From: Dicyema japonicum
Taxonomy: Eukaryota > Animalia > Dicyemida
Assembly (NCBI GenBank): GCA_011109175.1
Contig: RDEW01000026.1
Location: 327,695 to 391,694, forward strand
Reading direction: 5' to 3'
Length of the DNA stretch: 64,000 nt
This document shows positions 37,730-50,899 of this stretch, piece by piece. The translations under genes were made by a program, and so were the position numbers. The notes beneath the pieces were generated by a model. It was given only the letters and a program-made list of their open reading frames with translations, was not told the origin of the DNA and made no database searches. Within the stretch, counting starts at the first letter, position 1; each line of letters begins with the position of its first letter.

Positions 37730-38590
37730 TAATAACCCCGGGAACACCGAGAAAGAAAGACAAAAGAGTCAAACAGTTAGGTGATCCCAGTCCTCGCAAT
37801 CACTTGTGCCATTCGACGTCTGTGATCTTCCATCGTCCCCACTACTTTCCGGAAGAGCCTTCTCTCGGTCTTGCAGAGGAATCCGATCGGGGAATTTCTT
37901 ATCCAATCGGTTTTCTCTTGCCATGGGAAGGATCCGGCGAAGCGGATTTCCATCTTCTTCACAGACGCGAAAAAATCCGGAGCCACGACTACGGATCTTA
38001 GCTTCCATGAGTAGTAGGTCGACTGTTGATCCATTACGTGGGCAAAGCATACTGATTGTTTTCCGGTATATCGAGTTGATTCTTTGGACCATAGACTCCG
38101 ATAGCCCGAATCTCCATGCAACGGAGGCATACTCAATGGCAGGCGCGATTGTTTGTTGGTAGAGGGTAGAAACGGAAAAGTCCATGTTCCTCGTGGTCCT
38201 CCGAACAAGGGCGCGTATAACGTTAACTTTCTGGAGGCCCCTGGTGATCATGTCTGTTGCGTGGGAGTTGAAATTGAGAAGGCTGTCGTACTTGACTCCA
38301 AGGACAGTAGGGGACCTTGTCACTGGAATACGAGTGGGACCAATGAAAAGACTCGGTTCATCCTTGGAACGACGGTCCGACGTAAATGTGGTACAGATAG
38401 ACTTGGTTGCAGAAATCGTTAGTCAATTGCCAACAATCAAATCGTGGAGAGTGTTCAATTTTATCTGAGTTTTATGGGATGTGACTTGCGTCGAGCGGTT
38501 CCGTAAAGCAATGACTACATCGTCTGCGTAGGATAATAGCAGGGAATCTTCGTCTCCATAATTAGGTAGGTTGTGTAGGATGTTTGTTGC
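37730..38590 (-). mobile_element. LINE RT 3' half
   Basis: LSYADDVV and LGVKYDSLLNFNSH..PAIEYASVAW; ends with the ..WDH family motif and an AT-rich tail. Confidence 0.8.
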
Positions 38591-38599
38591 AAGGGTTGT

Positions 38600-39490
38600 G
38601 GATTAGTGTTGGAGGTCTATAATCGAAGAATCTGGAGACATGTTCTACGGAGATTTCTGAGATCTACAACAAGAATCCGTTCTAGTTGGTGATCTCAATG
38701 CGAATAACATCAGTCATGGGTGTTTCAAAACGAATCGGGATTGACGACTTTGAAGATCTCATCTGAAATCTCAGGATTCGAAGTCTTAACGTCGGTTGGT
38801 CCTAATCATTTCTCTTATAAAGGGCAAATTAGGGGCTTTTTTCATTTCATCCTCCTTCTCCCTTATGTGGACGTACCCAGGACTTTACTAGATATTGGAA
38901 GTGATCATATTCCACAGGAGCTTGTAATCTGCCTTAAAGCTGATGTAGTCGATTCCCTCAAATTTGATTCATCTGGTCTAGATTGGAAAGATGTTTCGGA
39001 GAGGAAATGGAAGGACTAAGCCTCAAAAGTCGACGTTAGAAATTCATCATTCTGGGAAGATATAGAATGCACGTATGACCTTGAGGGGTCGGAAGTAATG
39101 TTTTGTGTTCTATAAAACTGTTTATTGGGTTTATTTACTCTTATGGAAGAATTCTACAGTGAAGATGGTCCTTTGGCAGGGAAATCGAAAAGGGACTATA
39201 TGATCTATTGGTCAATCACTCTTTTTTGCTTTATTTCTAAGATAAGCGAGAGGATTATCTTCAAACGTTTGTGTCGGCATATTGAAGAAACTAATTTCTT
39301 ATCTCCCACTAATGGTTTTTGTCCAGGAAGGTCGTGGGGGCTGTTTCTTCCTGCTAAATTCGAAAGTCCTAAAGGCTACATAACCTGTTACGCCTTGATA
39401 TTTCCAAATCAATTCAACAGTGTTTGTCATGAAGCCTCACTCATAATTCGGATATAATATTTTTTGCGTCCAAAAATTCGGTGCTCTGAG
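38600..39490 (+). mobile_element. Collapsed LINE remnant (endonuclease plus RT start); its 3' part is repeated at 48427-48810
   Basis: VLVGDLNA, GSDH, SITL.CFISKI.ERIIFKRL. Confidence 0.7.
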
Positions 39491-39759
39491 AAAGGAGACT
39501 GACTGACTACATTATTAAGATTACTGTAGCATGAGGGGATTAAAAATCTCAGAAGTCTAACGCGCTACGAATAGGTCAGGAATCAATTACAACGGGAATA
39601 CACACTTAAAGTAGAAAATTGCATTCATTACGATATCTGGGAGGTGAAATTGACCATTGTGTAGTGCACATGGAAGATATCAGACTGAAGAAAAAGAAAG
39701 TCGTTGTATGTATTCGACAGCTACAGGATATATTTCTATCAATCTTAATCACTATGATA

Positions 39760-40860
39760 ACAACATCAACTGCACACGTGGTCTAGTAGATCTTGTAAGC
39801 GGGCAGTCGTAATGTGAACACATTGGTCTTTTGATGAACCAGTGTATCGTCGTGGTATGGGTGAGCACATCGTCAGGAAGAAGTTGAGTAAAATTGGTGA
39901 CAGAGGGGTTTTTTGGGAGTCGGTTTGACGGATATTTAGTGACAGATTTCGTAGAACATGCAATCCCCCTTTCTCTCTGTCCGTTAAGGAAGTCTTCAAT
40001 CCAAATTTACGATTTTTAGGAATGTCTGATTCCTTACAAAATTCCTTGTAAGTAATTTTCTTGGGAGTCAAAAGCCTTAGTATGTCATGGAACATACTGG
40101 AGACTTCTGATGCCAAGGTTTGCACTGCAGGCCATCAGTGATGAATTTTGTAGGCATGTAAGATGAGTTGTGGAGAGACCTTTCTTAAACACGTGTTGGA
40201 AAGATACAACGAAGAGACAATCTGATTGAGAATGATCTTTTCTAAGATATTTGTATTTCAAAAGATATTGGTCTGAATGAAGCCTGTGAGTCCTTGGCCT
40301 TTCGGTGATGGCGTCTTTCTTGGGTTTGACGGATTAAAGGGAAAGAGCCTCCAGCTTTGGGTGGGGGATAATAGTCACTGAGCGAGTGTGATCTTGTTTA
40401 AGAAGTTCTTGTTCTCCGAATAATTGCAGGGGAAGTACTCTTAGAGTTAGCGAAGCCCTAAAGTGTTTTCCACGTCCTCTCGATGTAGTTCTGTTTGCTC
40501 AAGGTGGACATGAGGTTATTCTAGACCCTCTCCTGCTTTTTATCCTGGTCCCTTCAAGTGAAAGAAACCGTTTGCTAACAAATTCGTTAAGCAAAGAGTG
40601 GACACTTCCAGAGATCCGACAGGTATATTTGGTTCTGTAGAAAACTAGTAGGTGGACTCGGACAAGGGAAGAGGTGACCCGTCTTCTGGTCTTCAAGAAA
40701 GCATGATGGGCACAGTGGAGAGGACGATTGTCCAATCCTGCACAGATATGAATGTAAATTCAAGTGATGGGCACAACGTAGGCGCGTCAAGTGGACACAA
40801 ACCTCCCGTGGTAGGGAAGCTTCACCTCTGTGATATTGTTTCTGATCTCCTCTTAAATGC
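39760..40860 (-). mobile_element. Two LINE remnants: RT (39760-40450) and CCHC 3' end (40500-40860)
   Basis: LSPILLNFFL and RLRCAHHLNLHSYLCRIG..CPSC...HLFPCP. Confidence 0.7.
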
Positions 40861-40991
40861 GAGCACCAATTCAATTAAAAATAAAAAAAATAATTAAAAT
40901 TTATAATTACCAATAAAAATAACCATAATTATTATAATTCACGTGTTATTGACCACATTTATAATAATAATCCGTTTTAACATACTCATAA

Positions 40992-42332
40992 ATGACTGAA
41001 CAAGTCACACTTAGCATTCATGAATTAATTAGTCAATACAATCAGGATTCCTGCCCAAATAAGCTTAATTTAACAATTGGGGGTATATTTTATGTAATTA
41101 AGTGTGTATGGGGGATGACAAGAAGACATATAAGTTTAATGTGGTTAAACAAGTTGCCCAAAAGTTAATTGGGAGTGACAACTTTGACCACGGATATTTG
41201 GGTTTATCAGGACATCATCAAGTGACCCCATTTGTGATTGATCTTGTTTTCGGGGGAGACTGTCAAGCTGTCCAGGAAGGAAGAGTTATATTTATGTCAC
41301 AACACTAGGTCCATGCTTTCCAATCTGTTGGTGGATCCGGGGCGCTCTATTTGGGATCATTTTTGGCCGCTAAGGTTTTCTCAAAGAAAAGAATTTACGT
41401 TTCAGACCCAACATGGGGTACCTCTAGCTCACCATTTAAGGTCCTCATTATGAGATTTTTGAACCAATATTCGATGAGGTTTTGACTTACCACTATTACA
41501 ACGTCCCCGAACAGCGAGTAGACTTTGAGGGAATAATCCGTGATTTGGAGGTATCAACCATTGGAGTATTATAGAACGCTGAGACCAACTCTACTGTGCT
41601 ACTCCATGCCAGCTGTCATAATCCGACGGGAGGGGGTCTTTCCAAGAGTCAATGGGAGGAGATAATGAATTTGATAAAAGTAATGATTCAGTATATTCAG
41701 AAAAATAATCTTTTCCCCTTCTTTGACCTTGCCTATCAGGGATTTGGATGTGATTTGGAGTATGATGCTCTTCCCCTAAGGATGTTTGCTGATAATGGCC
41801 TACAATTTGTGGTTGCTCAAACATTTTCGAAAAATTTCGGAATTTATGGTTTTTATTTGATAAAATCCAGGGGAGCGACTCGGATTCACTCTTACTGTAG
41901 TCGACGACTACTCCCAAATTGGGGAAATCCATTCAAAGTTGGAATCATTCGTTTCTCAGTCTTACGCCATTCCTCCTGCATTTCCAGTCAAAATAGTCTA
42001 CGAGATTCTCAAAGATAAAGACTTGAAAGCTCAATGGTTTGACTTGTGGTTCTCACAGTAGGATGGGGGAGTTCACCAAACTAAAAGAGAGAATATCAAA
42101 AATAAGGACATCTCTAAAGGAAAGTCTACAAGAAAGACTTCCAAATAAAAACTTTGATTTTATAACTAGCAACGAAGGATTATTCATATTACTTGACTTT
42201 AAAGGCGACGAGGCACGTATTTTGCGAGAAAAACATCATATTTACGTCCTCGAGAATGGAAGAGTTAATTTAAGCGGTCTCAGTCTGAGTGACGTTGACT
42301 ACTTTACTAATGCTTTGGTTGATATTTTTTAA
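40992..42332 (+). CDS. Aspartate aminotransferase-family (fold I, subfamily Ia) enzyme, about 393 aa, 8 exons; introns 41083-41102, 41285-41308, 41418-41440, 41551-41574, 41680-41700, 41849-41870, 42037-42061
   Basis: The spliced frame is open throughout: KLNLTIG, QSVGGSGAL, SDPTW, HASCHNPTG, FFDLAYQGF, FSKNFGIYGERLG (PLP lysine), NGRVNLSGL. No obvious targeting peptide, so probably cytosolic (GOT1-like). Confidence 0.93.
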
Positions 42333-42378
42333 TTTTAACCCATTTTTAAATTTAATTTAAAATAATATTCTAATTTTG

Positions 42379-44057
42379 TGATAGTGTCCGGGTTGATAAG
42401 ACAAATTTATCACTTAAAAACATTAACATCCACTAAGTTTTGCTTCGAAAGATCTGTCCCTTGTTTCCTCAAAAAACAAAAAAATTTATTTTTAGTCAAT
42501 AAAACGTGTAAAGGGTCGAAAATAGAAGAGGTCGAAGGATCGGTCCCTTGTTCCCCCAAAAAACAAAAAAACTTATTTTGAGTCAATAAAGCGATTAAGC
42601 GTGAAAAGGGTTGAAAATAGAAGAAATCGAAGAATCGGTCTTTTTTTTCTTCCAAAAATTTTATTTTGAGTCAATAAAGCGTGAAAAGGGTTGAAAAAAA
42701 GTTTTGTAACACTGAAGTTTCAGCATTATTATGTGATCGGAGGTTAACGGCGATTCATGGTAGACCAGGACACCTTCAATCACAAGGGCAGGTGGAACGC
42801 TATAATTAAAGGCTAAAGCGTTGGTTAGCGAAACTCTATTTCAATCCAAATCTAATAATTGGATTGACATATTGAAATCTACTCTCTATAAATATAACAT
42901 TTCTATTTATCGTGCTACTGGAAAGTCACCTTTCAGGTAAGCTTTATGAATTTTATTTTTAGACTATTATTTGAAACTTCGGGATTCAATCTGCTTCTGT
43001 GTCTGATAATAAAGTGATCGAATTACCAGCCCAAAGAACTGAACATTTTTCAGATGATGAAATTCAAGAAACTTGTTCTATTATGTTTTTATAGAGGAAC
43101 ATTTACATTTTGTTATGGTTAAAGGAGTTTCCGCAGATGAAACAAAAAGTTTCAAAATCAAAAATAAAAAAAATTAATTAGGATTTAAATACAGGTTATT
43201 TATCTGATGCTAAAGAAGTTTTTGATTTTTTTAAATCGTTTTTATATTAAGATTTTGTTATGATCATTGAAAATTATGGTTTAAGTTGTCACAAAATGAT
43301 TCTAATTAAAATGTTTTCTATTCATTTCGTTTCCTCTTACAGCAACTATGGGAATAAACCCTATTGTCACAGTCCTTTTCTTCGCTCACACTCTTCTCTT
43401 GAATTTCTTCATAATCAGACCGAGAGTAAATATCCTTAATCTATTCATTAAGCTTATTATAACGCTGCGAAACCTCGACTTGGTTCCTATATGATTCAAT
43501 CATACTCTCCAAATTCTTCTTGATTACCAGCGATTGAACATACGTTCTTTCACTTATATTCAAAGATCTGCCATACTTAACGAATGCGAAGTCACTAGGC
43601 CATCCCAAGTGAGTACAATCGAGACAATCTTGAACTCTGCGTGGTCAACTCCAACTCTTTGGAAAGAAATTTTTAGTTATCATAAATAATTTTTTAGTTA
43701 GCAAAAGAAATGATTTCCACTTTTCAATTTTTCCATTTATATTCTCTTTCCATTTTGATGGATCATTTTTTTCAGTGAAAAAATTAGGGTCAAGAGACGG
43801 AGAATTAAATTAAAAAAACCGATACACCATCATCAACAGAGTCCTGGGCCAATTGCTCACTGGGTACTTGTCGGCGTCTTTGAATGTATAAGAGCTTTCT
43901 AAACTCAGACTCTGTTATATCTTCATTTGAATACTTTAATCTCGGTTCTTTTCCTTGTGGATTTAACTTTTCTCTATTTTGTTTCTCTTGAGACAAAACT
44001 TAGTGGTTGTTGTTGTTTTTAAGTGATAAATTTGTCTTATCAACCCGGACACTATCA
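42379..44057 (+). mobile_element. TIR-bounded Ginger/KRBA2-like integrase transposon, internally deleted
   Basis: About 60-bp inverted repeats (TGATAGTGTCCGGGTTGATAAGACAAATTTATCACTTAAAAA...). Integrase HGRP..QSQGQVERYN..W...YN..RATGKSPF at about 42755-42990. About three ~90-bp subterminal tandem repeats at 42445-42700. Confidence 0.8.
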
Positions 44058-44084
44058 ACGCCCCGGGTTCTTATGACATCCAAC

Positions 44085-44152
44085 AATAAATATTATCGAT
44101 TAAAAGAAAAGGACAAAAACGAGGACAAAAAGCACATTCATGGTCCTCTCTG
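44085..44152 (-). pseudogene. Diverged remnant of the BNIP1/Sec20 3' end; its other half lies at about 42335-42378
   Basis: aaaagaaaaggacaaaaacgaggacaaaaagcacattcatggtc resembles 53220-53265. Confidence 0.7.
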
Positions 44153-44159
44153 TTAAAAG

Positions 44160-44390
44160 CCACTACAAATTTTTAAAGCATGTGTTGCGCTCTATCCCAT
44201 TGTGGTCGAGATAACTGGAGGAATAAGTGGAAGATCTCTTAGCTTCCTAAAGAAACTTGGACGCCTAGCTACACTAAAAGCCACGACGGACGTGAGACCC
44301 AGTGACTTCTCTAGCTGATCCCTGTTGCAATCGTGAAAGGCGACGCAACGTTGATAATGCCGACGGGGACCACTTTTGATTGCTGGCAGT
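44160..44390 (+). mobile_element. CRE-like extreme 3' end
   Basis: YPIVVEITGGISGRSLSFLKKLGRLA; similar to 1290-1475. Confidence 0.65.
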
Positions 44391-44449
44391 GTAAATTAAT
44401 TATTAATTGTTACTTTTAAATAATAATAATAAATAAAAAATTAAAAAAA

Positions 44450-45230
44450 TATTTTCGAAATTAACAGAGATTAATAGTGTGTAATTTTCCTTTGTTACTA
44501 ATAACAGAATTTATTCAGTTTGGTATTACAAATACAAGTTTCGAATAAAAAAATTCAGCAATACGGTTCTATTCGAACAATGTGGTTTTCCATAGTTCCT
44601 CTTTGTCATTGGAGATTTGTTCAAACTTCTGATTTCAACAAGGTCACACTGTTCGATTATATTTAAGTCGGGTGACTTACTAGGCCAATTTTCTAGAGAA
44701 TTATAGTTGTTTCGGCGTAAATATTCCTTAATTGATTGAGAATTGTGACAGCTTGCGTCGTCCTGTTGTATCACTATACCCTCTTCAAAAATATTAAGTA
44801 GTCCTTTATCCCATATTCGTTGATTTTCATTCAAGTCCACGTTTTGCTTGGCTAACATAAGTTTGAAGTACCATTATACTGGGAAAGAATTTAACGGTTT
44901 TTAAATAATATTTATTTATATAACTCATTTTTTTGGTTTTCTAATATATTCACGAACTAAATGAAAAAGTTCAATTCTACATTCATTGGTAAAAATTATA
45001 TTATTCCATTGATTTTGAGTCCAGCAAAATTTGTCTTGACACCGGATTTTCTATCTGTATTTTTTTAGCTTAGGTTTTTTGCTGAAATTCTTCCAAACAG
45101 TCCTTCTATAATGAACGTTTTTCGGCCGCAAATTTACTTTTTTGAAGAAATTGACATTTTTGTAAATCACGTGTTCAGTTTTTTTGGAGAAAAGGATTTG
45201 AAGGCTTGTGTTTCACTATGAACGATTTTT
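44450..45230 (-). mobile_element. Decayed Tc1-like DD34E transposase
   Basis: IQQDDASCH..WPSKSPDLNIIE. Confidence 0.8.
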
Positions 45231-45929
45231 TAATTGAAAAATTAATTATATAATTTTTTAAATAAAAAATTTATTACGTAACAAATAATGAAAATAATCC
45301 ATTACCTCCTTCTATTATCTGAACAGCTTCAATCAACCGCCTCTTTAAATAAAAAACATTACCTCCTTCTATTATCTGAACAGCTTCAATCAACCGCCTC
45401 TTAGCTCTATTCAGGGGTGATGTCGATTTCTAAACAAATCTTCGAACCAATAAATTATTATATTCAGTTTTTCTAGAATTATCTTTCGAATTCTTTTTAA
45501 TAATATATAGCTTCCTATAAACTCACAAATCAGAAGCAGCCAGAGTTGTTGTTTCTTCGAGTATTTCGAGATTATCCCCTTCACTGTTGATGACTACCTC
45601 GGGGACTTTGCAGATCTCAGAATTATTTATGACTAAGGACTCCGATTTAAGTCCTTTCGGTTTTATTTCCACCACCTACAATAAAGCATGGACCAAACCG
45701 GGTTATTCTTCTTTTTACGAGGGACAACATTCTTGCACTTTAATTGGGTTAAAGTAACTCTTAAATAAAAGCCACTCGATGGGAACTAAAATATATAGAA
45801 AGAACACCACAGACTGAAAAGGATCAGTCTTCTTAGGGAGCATCGGGCCAAGTTGAGGTCTCTGCTGGAGCGTGCTGGGATCACGTGATTAGTTAGATTG
45901 TGTAACCGTGGTCTCTGATGTTATTAGTA

Positions 45930-46325
45930 TGGGAAAATTAAAGAAAATTGAATTGAACATGAATTCCAACGAATATTTCAAAAGCAATTTGCAGAGAAGA
46001 ATGATCTGACAGATTTTCAAAAGATACACAAAAATTATCTATAAATTATAAAAATCGTTTAAAAGCAGTGATTCTTAACAAGGGTCACGCCACTAAATAT
46101 TATTTGACCTTTTACGTTGCCATGACTTTTTTCCACGATAAATTTCAATTAAAATTTTTAAAAATAAAAAAATAAAAATGGAACCTGATAACTACTTTTC
46201 CCAATTAAGATATATCGCTTTATTTTATATAAACAATTTTTAAAATTAACAGTAAAAAACATTTTGTTGAAGAAAGATAGTCAATTTTTACTTGGGATTG
46301 CTACCACTTGTTTTTTCTGTAGTAG
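45930..46325 (+). mobile_element. Tc1-like transposase C-terminus remnant
   Basis: RLKAVILNKGHATKY is a typical Tc1 C-terminal motif. Confidence 0.55.
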
Positions 46326-47936
46326 ATAACCTTCGATCGTAATTCGTCGATCTTTTTTCTCATGTCATACATCAATTTCTAAAAAATCAAATATAAAAAC
46401 TTGTGAAGATCTGCACATGACATTTAGAATAAAATTTAATTGTTGATTTTAAGCTTCAACATTTTCGTCTTAAATAGAAAAAAAATTACATGTTTTTTAA
46501 ATCCATGACATTTAGAATAAAATTTAATTTTTGATTTTAAGCTTCAACATTTTCGTCTTAAATAGAAAAAAAATTACATGTTTTTTAAATCACAAATCTC
46601 ATCAAAAAATAACTCAGCTTTTATATACAAGAATATTGAATATTGCTCAACTATTTATTATTAGTCCTTGATCACTGGGTCAAAGAGAAAGAAATAAAAG
46701 TTCTCAACTAAGTGATTGACAAAGGAGAGGAAATGTCTGGAGGGGTCAGGAATCCTGTACTGCTCTTATCAGATTTTCTGTTTATGGAACAAATGGCCTA
46801 GTGTTTGCCCTCAAGTGTTTTTGAAAGCACTTATAAGATTCTCATTCTATTTTCGAGAGCTCTTTAGGGCCTAACTATTTCGTATATTTATATTGAATTA
46901 CTTATGCATTTTTTTCAAAAATATATTTTATAAAACAAAATAAAATCAGTCCCTCAAGTCCAGGGTAATCGATCAAACCATGCTCACCTTATATATTTAA
47001 GTCAGTCCCTCAATACCAAGCTCATTTGTCTGGAGACAAATTCCAACTCTTTCACATCCCATTGACATCCTATTCCAGCTATGCTTTCTGGTAACGTCAG
47101 ATGACATCGGATCTGACAGTCGTGGTCCTTCTGGCACGACAGAGTTGTTGAAAAGGATCTTCACGAAGTCCGCCACGTGCGATGAAATTGGCAGAGGGCA
47201 GACATACTTCTCCACATCTCTTAGGAAACGGATGCCTATAGTGAACTATTTGAAGATGTATTTGGTTGTCACAAGCAGACGTTTAAAGAAATCCCTTATC
47301 TACCAGTTTCTTAGTGGTTTCAAAAAGTGATAATTTAAATAAGAGCGTATGTCATGCAATACTCAGGGAGGTTCCTAAGTTCTAGACTTTCATCAAGCAG
47401 ACGACTAAGAATTTTGAGAATACTTTTTTGACTCTCTCCAGTATCTTCATTTCTGAACGATCATACCAAGCTATGTATCAGGAAATATTAACCTGACCAG
47501 TTAGTTGGACTCCTCATGTCCATTAACTTTGGTCCTCTACATCCTGACATCTTCTTCGAAAAAAGGATCGATGCGTCTTAGCATCTACCAAATTTTTATT
47601 GACAACGCCTTAAAAGTCCATAGAACGTCTTTTGTTCAAAGCGAGGATTAATGAACACAAGTTAGGAGTCAGAGGGTGAAGTATTTATAGTCTGCCACGA
47701 GACTTGGACACTTCTCCAGTTTCCCTCTTATTAGGTCTGATCGATATGTACGAGTTCTTTGGTTCTTATCATAAACCACATATCCTCGCCACGGCCATAT
47801 TGACTCTACAAGCTTACCTTCTTCGGATAGGTCGTCGTGTAACTTATTTTTAATTCCAATTTAATGGCCGCTCTTTGTTTTTTTATTAAAAATATAATTT
47901 TATCCTTTTCGTCGAGAAACACCATCCCTCACTTCC

Positions 47937-48426
47937 NNNNNNNNNNNNNNNNNNNNNNNNNNNNNNNNNNNNNNNNNNNNNNNNNNNNNNNNNNNNNNNN
48001 NNNNNNNNNNNNNNNNNNNNNNNNNNNNNNNNNNNNNNNNNNNNNNNNNNNNNNNNNNNNNNNNNNNNNNNNNNNNNNNNNNNNNNNNNNNNNNNNNNNN
48101 NNNNNNNNNNNNNNNNNNNNNNNNNNNNNNNNNNNNNNNNNNNNNNNNNNNNNNNNNNNNNNNNNNNNNNNNNNNNNNNNNNNNNNNNNNNNNNNNNNNN
48201 NNNNNNNNNNNNNNNNNNNNNNNNNNNNNNNNNNNNNNNNNNNNNNNNNNNNNNNNNNNNNNNNNNNNNNNNNNNNNNNNNNNNNNNNNNNNNNNNNNNN
48301 NNNNNNNNNNNNNNNNNNNNNNNNNNNNNNNNNNNNNNNNNNNNNNNNNNNNNNNNNNNNNNNNNNNNNNNNNNNNNNNNNNNNNNNNNNNNNNNNNNNN
48401 NNNNNNNNNNNNNNNNNNNNNNNNNN
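47937..48426. other. Assembly gap (about 490 N)
   Basis: Run of N. Confidence 1.
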
Positions 48427-49123
48427 GGACTATATGATCTATAGGTCAATCACTCTTTTGTGCTTTATTTCTAAGATATGCGAGAGGATTATCTTCAAAC
48501 GTTTGTGTCGGCATATTGAAGAAACTAATTTCTTATCCCCTACTAATGGTTTTTGTCCAGGAAGGTCGTGGGGGCTGTTTCTTCCTGCTAAATTAGGAAG
48601 TCCTAAAGGCTACATAACCTGTTACGCCTTGATATTTCCAATTCAATTCAACAGTGTTTGTCATGAAGCCTCAGCTTGTGTCGGTGGGTCCCAAAGGGCA
48701 CTGTACTGAGCCCAATATTATTAATTATCTTGTGCCGAGTTTACTTAAACCGCAGAGTCATAATTCGGATATAATATTTTTTGGATGCGTCCAAAAATTC
48801 GGTGCTCTCACAACATTTAATTAAATCTATCGAATCTATCGGGAATTCTATTTATTCGGTTAACATCCTGTATATTTTCCAGGTTTCTCCAGAAATATTT
48901 TCCCGCACCTTTTCTAGGCCATACAAGTTTTCGATAACTCCTCCGGAATGATGATTTCTAACATCCACTTTTGAGGCTGCGTCCTTTCATTTCTAGCCAG
49001 AAATATCTTTCCATATTTTATTAATAGCCGTCCTAGAGAGATCCTTTCAAAGATAGTCTTCCTATCTATTCTGTCGACACTGCATTTGTACTTACTCCTA
49101 ATCAACACGATTGAAATTTATTA

Positions 49124-50673
49124 CGTCCAGAGCCACAGACGTTACCTTGACAGCTGAAATCAATGTCAAAAAATAAAATAATCAAGTATTTCAACGCAAA
49201 CATTAACTAATTATTGATAATTATCTTTCTAAGGCGTCTAGAATGTACCTTCTTTACAATTCCCTCACTATCTTTAACATTGACAGAATTATTAGACAAT
49301 TTTGCAACAATGGTGACAGAATCTCCGTATGGATGCTCAAACCTTTGCAGACGTAGTGAAGATTAGTTCCATAGTCCTTCTGAATACGAACCTTTCAAGT
49401 AATTATAAATTGAATACATTATCTCCAATGTTAAATTCATATTTCGATCGATGCACTCCCATCTTTTTATTCATCCTTTTATAATAAGGAGAATTCAAGT
49501 CTACCCGAGGAAAATCAAATTTGTTACCTTTTGTATAATTATAGACAAAAACCTATACTGTATGTTTTGGGACTGTCTTTACCCTTTGGCTCTGTTAATT
49601 CAATATTATCCACACTTTCCAGGTTGTCTTCACCGTCTGTCTCCGTTACAGTATTTTCCACAATGGTGTTGTAGCCCGGGATCCCTCGATATTTCTGAAT
49701 CGGACTAACACCTACAAAAATATAAAAGCACAAATTTACCTGTGGATGAGTGAGGCGTTTGATTGTATAAAAACACAGCTTTTCGAATGTGTTTTATCCA
49801 CTCTTTCTTGTCATCCGAAGCCATCATTTTCGGTGAACTCCGTGTGATTGTCTGGTTGAATCTTTCAACAATCCCTTAACTCTAGGGATCGTTCAGTCTT
49901 CCATGGATTTGATTAATTATGTAATCCTCACACAATTTTCTAAAATGACCGTTCATAAATGACAACAACAAAGAAAAATGATCATTTTGACTTTCAAATC
50001 TACATAAATATCCTAATGATCTATTCATTTTAAGATCAATCAAATCAACTTGAAATCTCTCATTAGGTAAATCTGAAAAATATGACGTCAAATTATTTCA
50101 GTGCACTGCAAACTGGCAAACATTAGTTCTTTTGATAGCGCCTACGACAAAGCGCTTTCAGAGCGTTATGTCCACAGTGATTTGTCTGGTGATTCTCCTG
50201 AGAATAGTCCTTATTTCTTCTTTACTAGTTAAGGGGATCACAAGTTTGTGAAGTCCGTTAACAGCTTTCAAATAAAGCTTTTCATCAATAACAATAAAAT
50301 TTTCAGCTTTCTTTTTTATTAGGTACCTCATTTGTTTCGCAATATTCACATCTTCATCATTAAGGATGGAATTCAGAAGTTGGTACATTACCTTTGAAAA
50401 CAGTATTGGTACTAGGCATCAAGTCAAAGTAACAAAATTTTCTCGTGGATTATTATTTTATATTCAATAAATAGTTAGCCAGACTAAAATTAGTGTAAAT
50501 TTTTGATAAAATAATTTAATAATAATTATTAATATTATCATAGAATTAATCTTTATTTCGGAATAAAATAATTTATAAAAATAGAAAAAATTATAGTATT
50601 GATTAAATTTTAATTAAAATGACATTTATGACGGTATGACAGCTGTCAAAGGTAACGTCTGTGGCTCGAGACA
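49124..50673 (-). mobile_element. Ginger-like integrase DNA transposon with TIRs and two micro-introns (49712-49739, 49528-49552)
   Basis: TIR TGTCTCGAGCCACAGACGTTACCTTTGACAGCTG at the right end with a degenerate partner at 49124. PNERFQVDLID, HGR...GIVERFNQTI, YNQTPHSSTG|VSP, FNIGDNV. Confidence 0.82.
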
Positions 50674-50899
50674 TATTATTAAGGCACTTTTCACGAAAGC
50701 CATAATGTGCAACATTCAAAACAATGTTTTACAAACGCGTTGTAAAGCCTGCATCTCATGTCAATTCCAAGTCCTTTGGTTCTTAGCCATCCTTTCTTAA
50801 AAGGAGGCGGAGAAATAGGTCCACCTTCTACTTTCATCACACGTCCTACCCTCGCGTACATCACTTTATTCTTAGGCGAAGAGTTCTCATAATCTTTTT

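Noticed and set aside
46930-47860. Penelope-like RT/GIY-YIG remnant (ARINEHK)
   Set aside because: Too degraded to call from a single short motif.
47864-48709. Long ORFs of 281 and 187 aa
   Set aside because: They span the N gap.
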